A stretch of DNA of 64,000 nt from Lama glama. Taxonomy: Eukaryota. The stretch lies in NCBI GenBank assembly GCA_028534125.1, contig CM052846.1, positions 1 through 64,000 on the forward strand. The letters are read 5' to 3'. This document shows, in pieces, positions 61,711-64,000 of the stretch; position 1 is the stretch's first letter, and each line of letters begins with the position of its first letter. The position numbers and the translations under genes are program-made. Below the pieces are notes generated by a model. The model was given only the letters and a program-made list of their open reading frames with translations, did no database searches and was not told the DNA's origin.

Positions 61711-62210
61711 NNNNNNNNNNNNNNNNNNNNNNNNNNNNNNNNNNNNNNNNNNNNNNNNNNNNNNNNNNNNNNNNNNNNNNNNNNNNNNNNNNNNNNNNNN
61801 NNNNNNNNNNNNNNNNNNNNNNNNNNNNNNNNNNNNNNNNNNNNNNNNNNNNNNNNNNNNNNNNNNNNNNNNNNNNNNNNNNNNNNNNNNNNNNNNNNNN
61901 NNNNNNNNNNNNNNNNNNNNNNNNNNNNNNNNNNNNNNNNNNNNNNNNNNNNNNNNNNNNNNNNNNNNNNNNNNNNNNNNNNNNNNNNNNNNNNNNNNNN
62001 NNNNNNNNNNNNNNNNNNNNNNNNNNNNNNNNNNNNNNNNNNNNNNNNNNNNNNNNNNNNNNNNNNNNNNNNNNNNNNNNNNNNNNNNNNNNNNNNNNNN
62101 NNNNNNNNNNNNNNNNNNNNNNNNNNNNNNNNNNNNNNNNNNNNNNNNNNNNNNNNNNNNNNNNNNNNNNNNNNNNNNNNNNNNNNNNNNNNNNNNNNNN
62201 NNNNNNNNNN
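61711..62210. other. Assembly gap (exactly 500 N) in a GLB1L2 intron
   Basis: Run of N; flanking exons join in frame, so no coding exon need be hidden. Confidence 0.99.
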
Positions 62211-62321
62211 CCAGGGCTGAGCCAGGGCCTTCCCTCTGTCTGCGGACCCAAGCCAGGGACAGGTTCCCCACATGGAGGCTCAGCCCCGCTTTGGGAACCT
62301 GGTCCATGCTCACTGACTCAC

Positions 62322-62392
62322 CTGGACACTTAGCAGATAGGTGACCAGCAGCTGCAGCTCGCTCTGTGACTGCAGGTTGATGGTGGCCAGCA
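62322..62392 (-). CDS. GLB1L2: GLB1L2 most 5' coding exon in the window
   Basis: xLATINLQSQSELQLLVTYLLSVQ, 71 nt, CTGCAG acceptor, GTGAGT donor. The 12 exons total 1178 nt in one frame. GLB1L2 rather than GLB1L3 is called from recalled sequence similarity and adjacency to B3GAT1. Confidence 0.9.
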
Positions 62393-62914
62393 CTGCAGGG
62401 GAGGAGAACAGAGAGTTCTCCCCAAATCCAGGAAGACCTGGACCCTCCTCACCCCACCAGCAAATCAACTAACTCATCTCGACTCTGTCTCCCACCTCCA
62501 GTCACAGCTGACTCCTGTAACGTCAGGAGAAACCCCACCACTTGGCAGAGCCCCCCACCCCGAGAGGCACACCCCCCTGAGACGCACCCACCCTGCACTG
62601 CTCTCGATTGACATACTCTTTAGACCAGAGCCCAGAGCCTACAGTGCACGTCCAGTGCCCAGTACAGGGTGCCCTTCTAAACCAAGGCTCCCTTTTACAT
62701 CTTAGGGAATGGCTAATTTTCTGTTCCACCCCCAAGATCTTTAAACGGCTTTCTGCCAGAAAACGGGATCCCTGAGAAAGAAACCACGGACATGGCCCTG
62801 AGGCTCCTTGCCTGCGTCTTGCTCCTAGATGGGGGGCCTGGGGAGGCAGGGGAGCCACCTGGGCAGCTGGCCCCCCAATGCACCAGTGATTACAGACAGA
62901 CAGACAGACAACAG

Positions 62915-62970
62915 CTGGGGCTCCAGGAGGTTAAACGACTTGTCTCAGGTCACACCACTGGTGAGTGACC
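62915..62970 (+). mobile_element. MIR SINE fragment
   Basis: ggaggttaaacgacttgtctcaggtcacaccactggtgagtga. Confidence 0.6.
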
Positions 62971-64000
62971 CACCTGTCTGGGTAAGACTGCACATCCAGG
63001 CCCTCCTCACCAGAAGTGGACACCTGAGACAGGGGGCCAGACTGAAACCTTGGCAGGGTCTCAGAGCCCAGTCAGCACGGCCAAGCGAACCCTGCACCTG
63101 CTCCATCCTCCGTGACAGCCCAGGAAACAAGACGGAGGAGGAGACAGTAGGGAGCAAGAACGGGAGATGGGACGGTAGTTCAAGGATACCTCGGGTGCCT
63201 GGAAAGGGGCGGTGGGTCTGGAAGCCACCTGAGAGCCGAGGGGACTGCTGGCCCCCACCCCAGCCCCCTGCTTCTCCACATCCCAGCCTCACGCCCCCTC
63301 TAGCCCAGGAAAGCGGAGGCTCGGTGGGAAGAGGACACTATGAACAGGTGACCCCTGCCGTTCCTACTGCCGGACACCCGCAGTGACGGCCCGAGGGTTC
63401 TCCTCAGGCATCACTTCATCCTGCGAAGCAGCACCCGCAGCACCATACAGGATTCCTCTCACTGGAACACGGACTCGCCCATCACCCACGGAGAGAGCAC
63501 CAGCCACACCCCCACCAGCCCCCAGGGCCACTCGGTGCCTCTTCCCTAAACTGCTGGGTCAGCGCCAGATGATCCATCAAGAGGCTCCCAGACATGGGAA
63601 ACAGAGCAGAACCAGTTAATGTGCAAAACAGTGAAATGCCCTCAGAGAGAGATGAGAAAGACAGAGTCCCTGAACAAGCAGGCTGTGAGGAAAGAAATAT
63701 GTTGAAGAGAAACGTGAGTGTGACCCAGGAACTAGGACTGGAGGAAAACAGCTGAGGATGTCACCCATGACACAGCAGGGAAGGCGGGGATGAACCACCG
63801 CGCACTTGGAGGGTCACCACGGCGGCACACAGGCCAGACGGGACAGCACAGCCGGGAGGGGCCAGCTGGCCGCCCCGCCCGGCAGCTCGGACGGGGCGTC
63901 CCGCAGAGACCACCACTGGGAAACCTGGACAGACAGGCGGACAGACAAGAGGATGGGGACCCAGGCCCAGTCCCAGGGAAGGCGTGCCGGCCGCGGTCAG

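Noticed and set aside
62393-64000. Further GLB1L2 exons upstream of 62392
   Set aside because: No GH35-like frame with matching splice sites found; the acid/base ENE exon must lie beyond the window.
1-64000. CRISPR arrays, tRNA/rRNA/snoRNA/miRNA genes, intact transposon ORFs, prokaryotic operons
   Set aside because: No regularly spaced repeats, recognisable RNA gene or RT/transposase frame seen; the DNA is mammalian. An Infernal/Rfam scan would be needed to exclude small RNAs formally.

Overview
Eukaryotic, GC-rich eutherian mammal genomic DNA; the species cannot be identified from the sequence alone. Two spliced genes face each other tail-to-tail. (1) B3GAT1 (GlcAT-P, HNK-1/CD57 glucuronyltransferase, + strand): CpG-island promoter and first exon at ~40.1-40.8 kb; complete 334-aa CDS in four exons (44753-44864, 47762-48270, 48794-49090, 49828-49914); non-coding last exon from 50840 to a poly(A) signal at 52769. 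(2) GLB1L2 (GH35 beta-galactosidase-like, - strand): the last 12 coding exons (62392 down to the stop at 55132), all joining in frame; the 5' exons lie beyond the window. The first ~40 kb is non-coding, with old MIR/L2/L1/LTR/MER fragments and several enhancer-like motif clusters. Two gaps of exactly 500 N are probably placeholders of unknown true size. Nearly all listed six-frame ORFs are GC-content artefacts. I found no convincing wholly new gene system. Best leads: a splice switch turning one AUG into either a 4-codon uORF or a 13-aa N-terminal extension of B3GAT1; a duplicated frameshifting splice acceptor before B3GAT1 exon 4; possible overlap of the two 3' ends; a GC-AG intron in GLB1L2; a four-unit interstitial telomere repeat; and a speculative link between a Gal-capping and a Gal-removing enzyme. 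Comparisons with human/rodent genes are from memory, not from a search; repeat boundaries are approximate.
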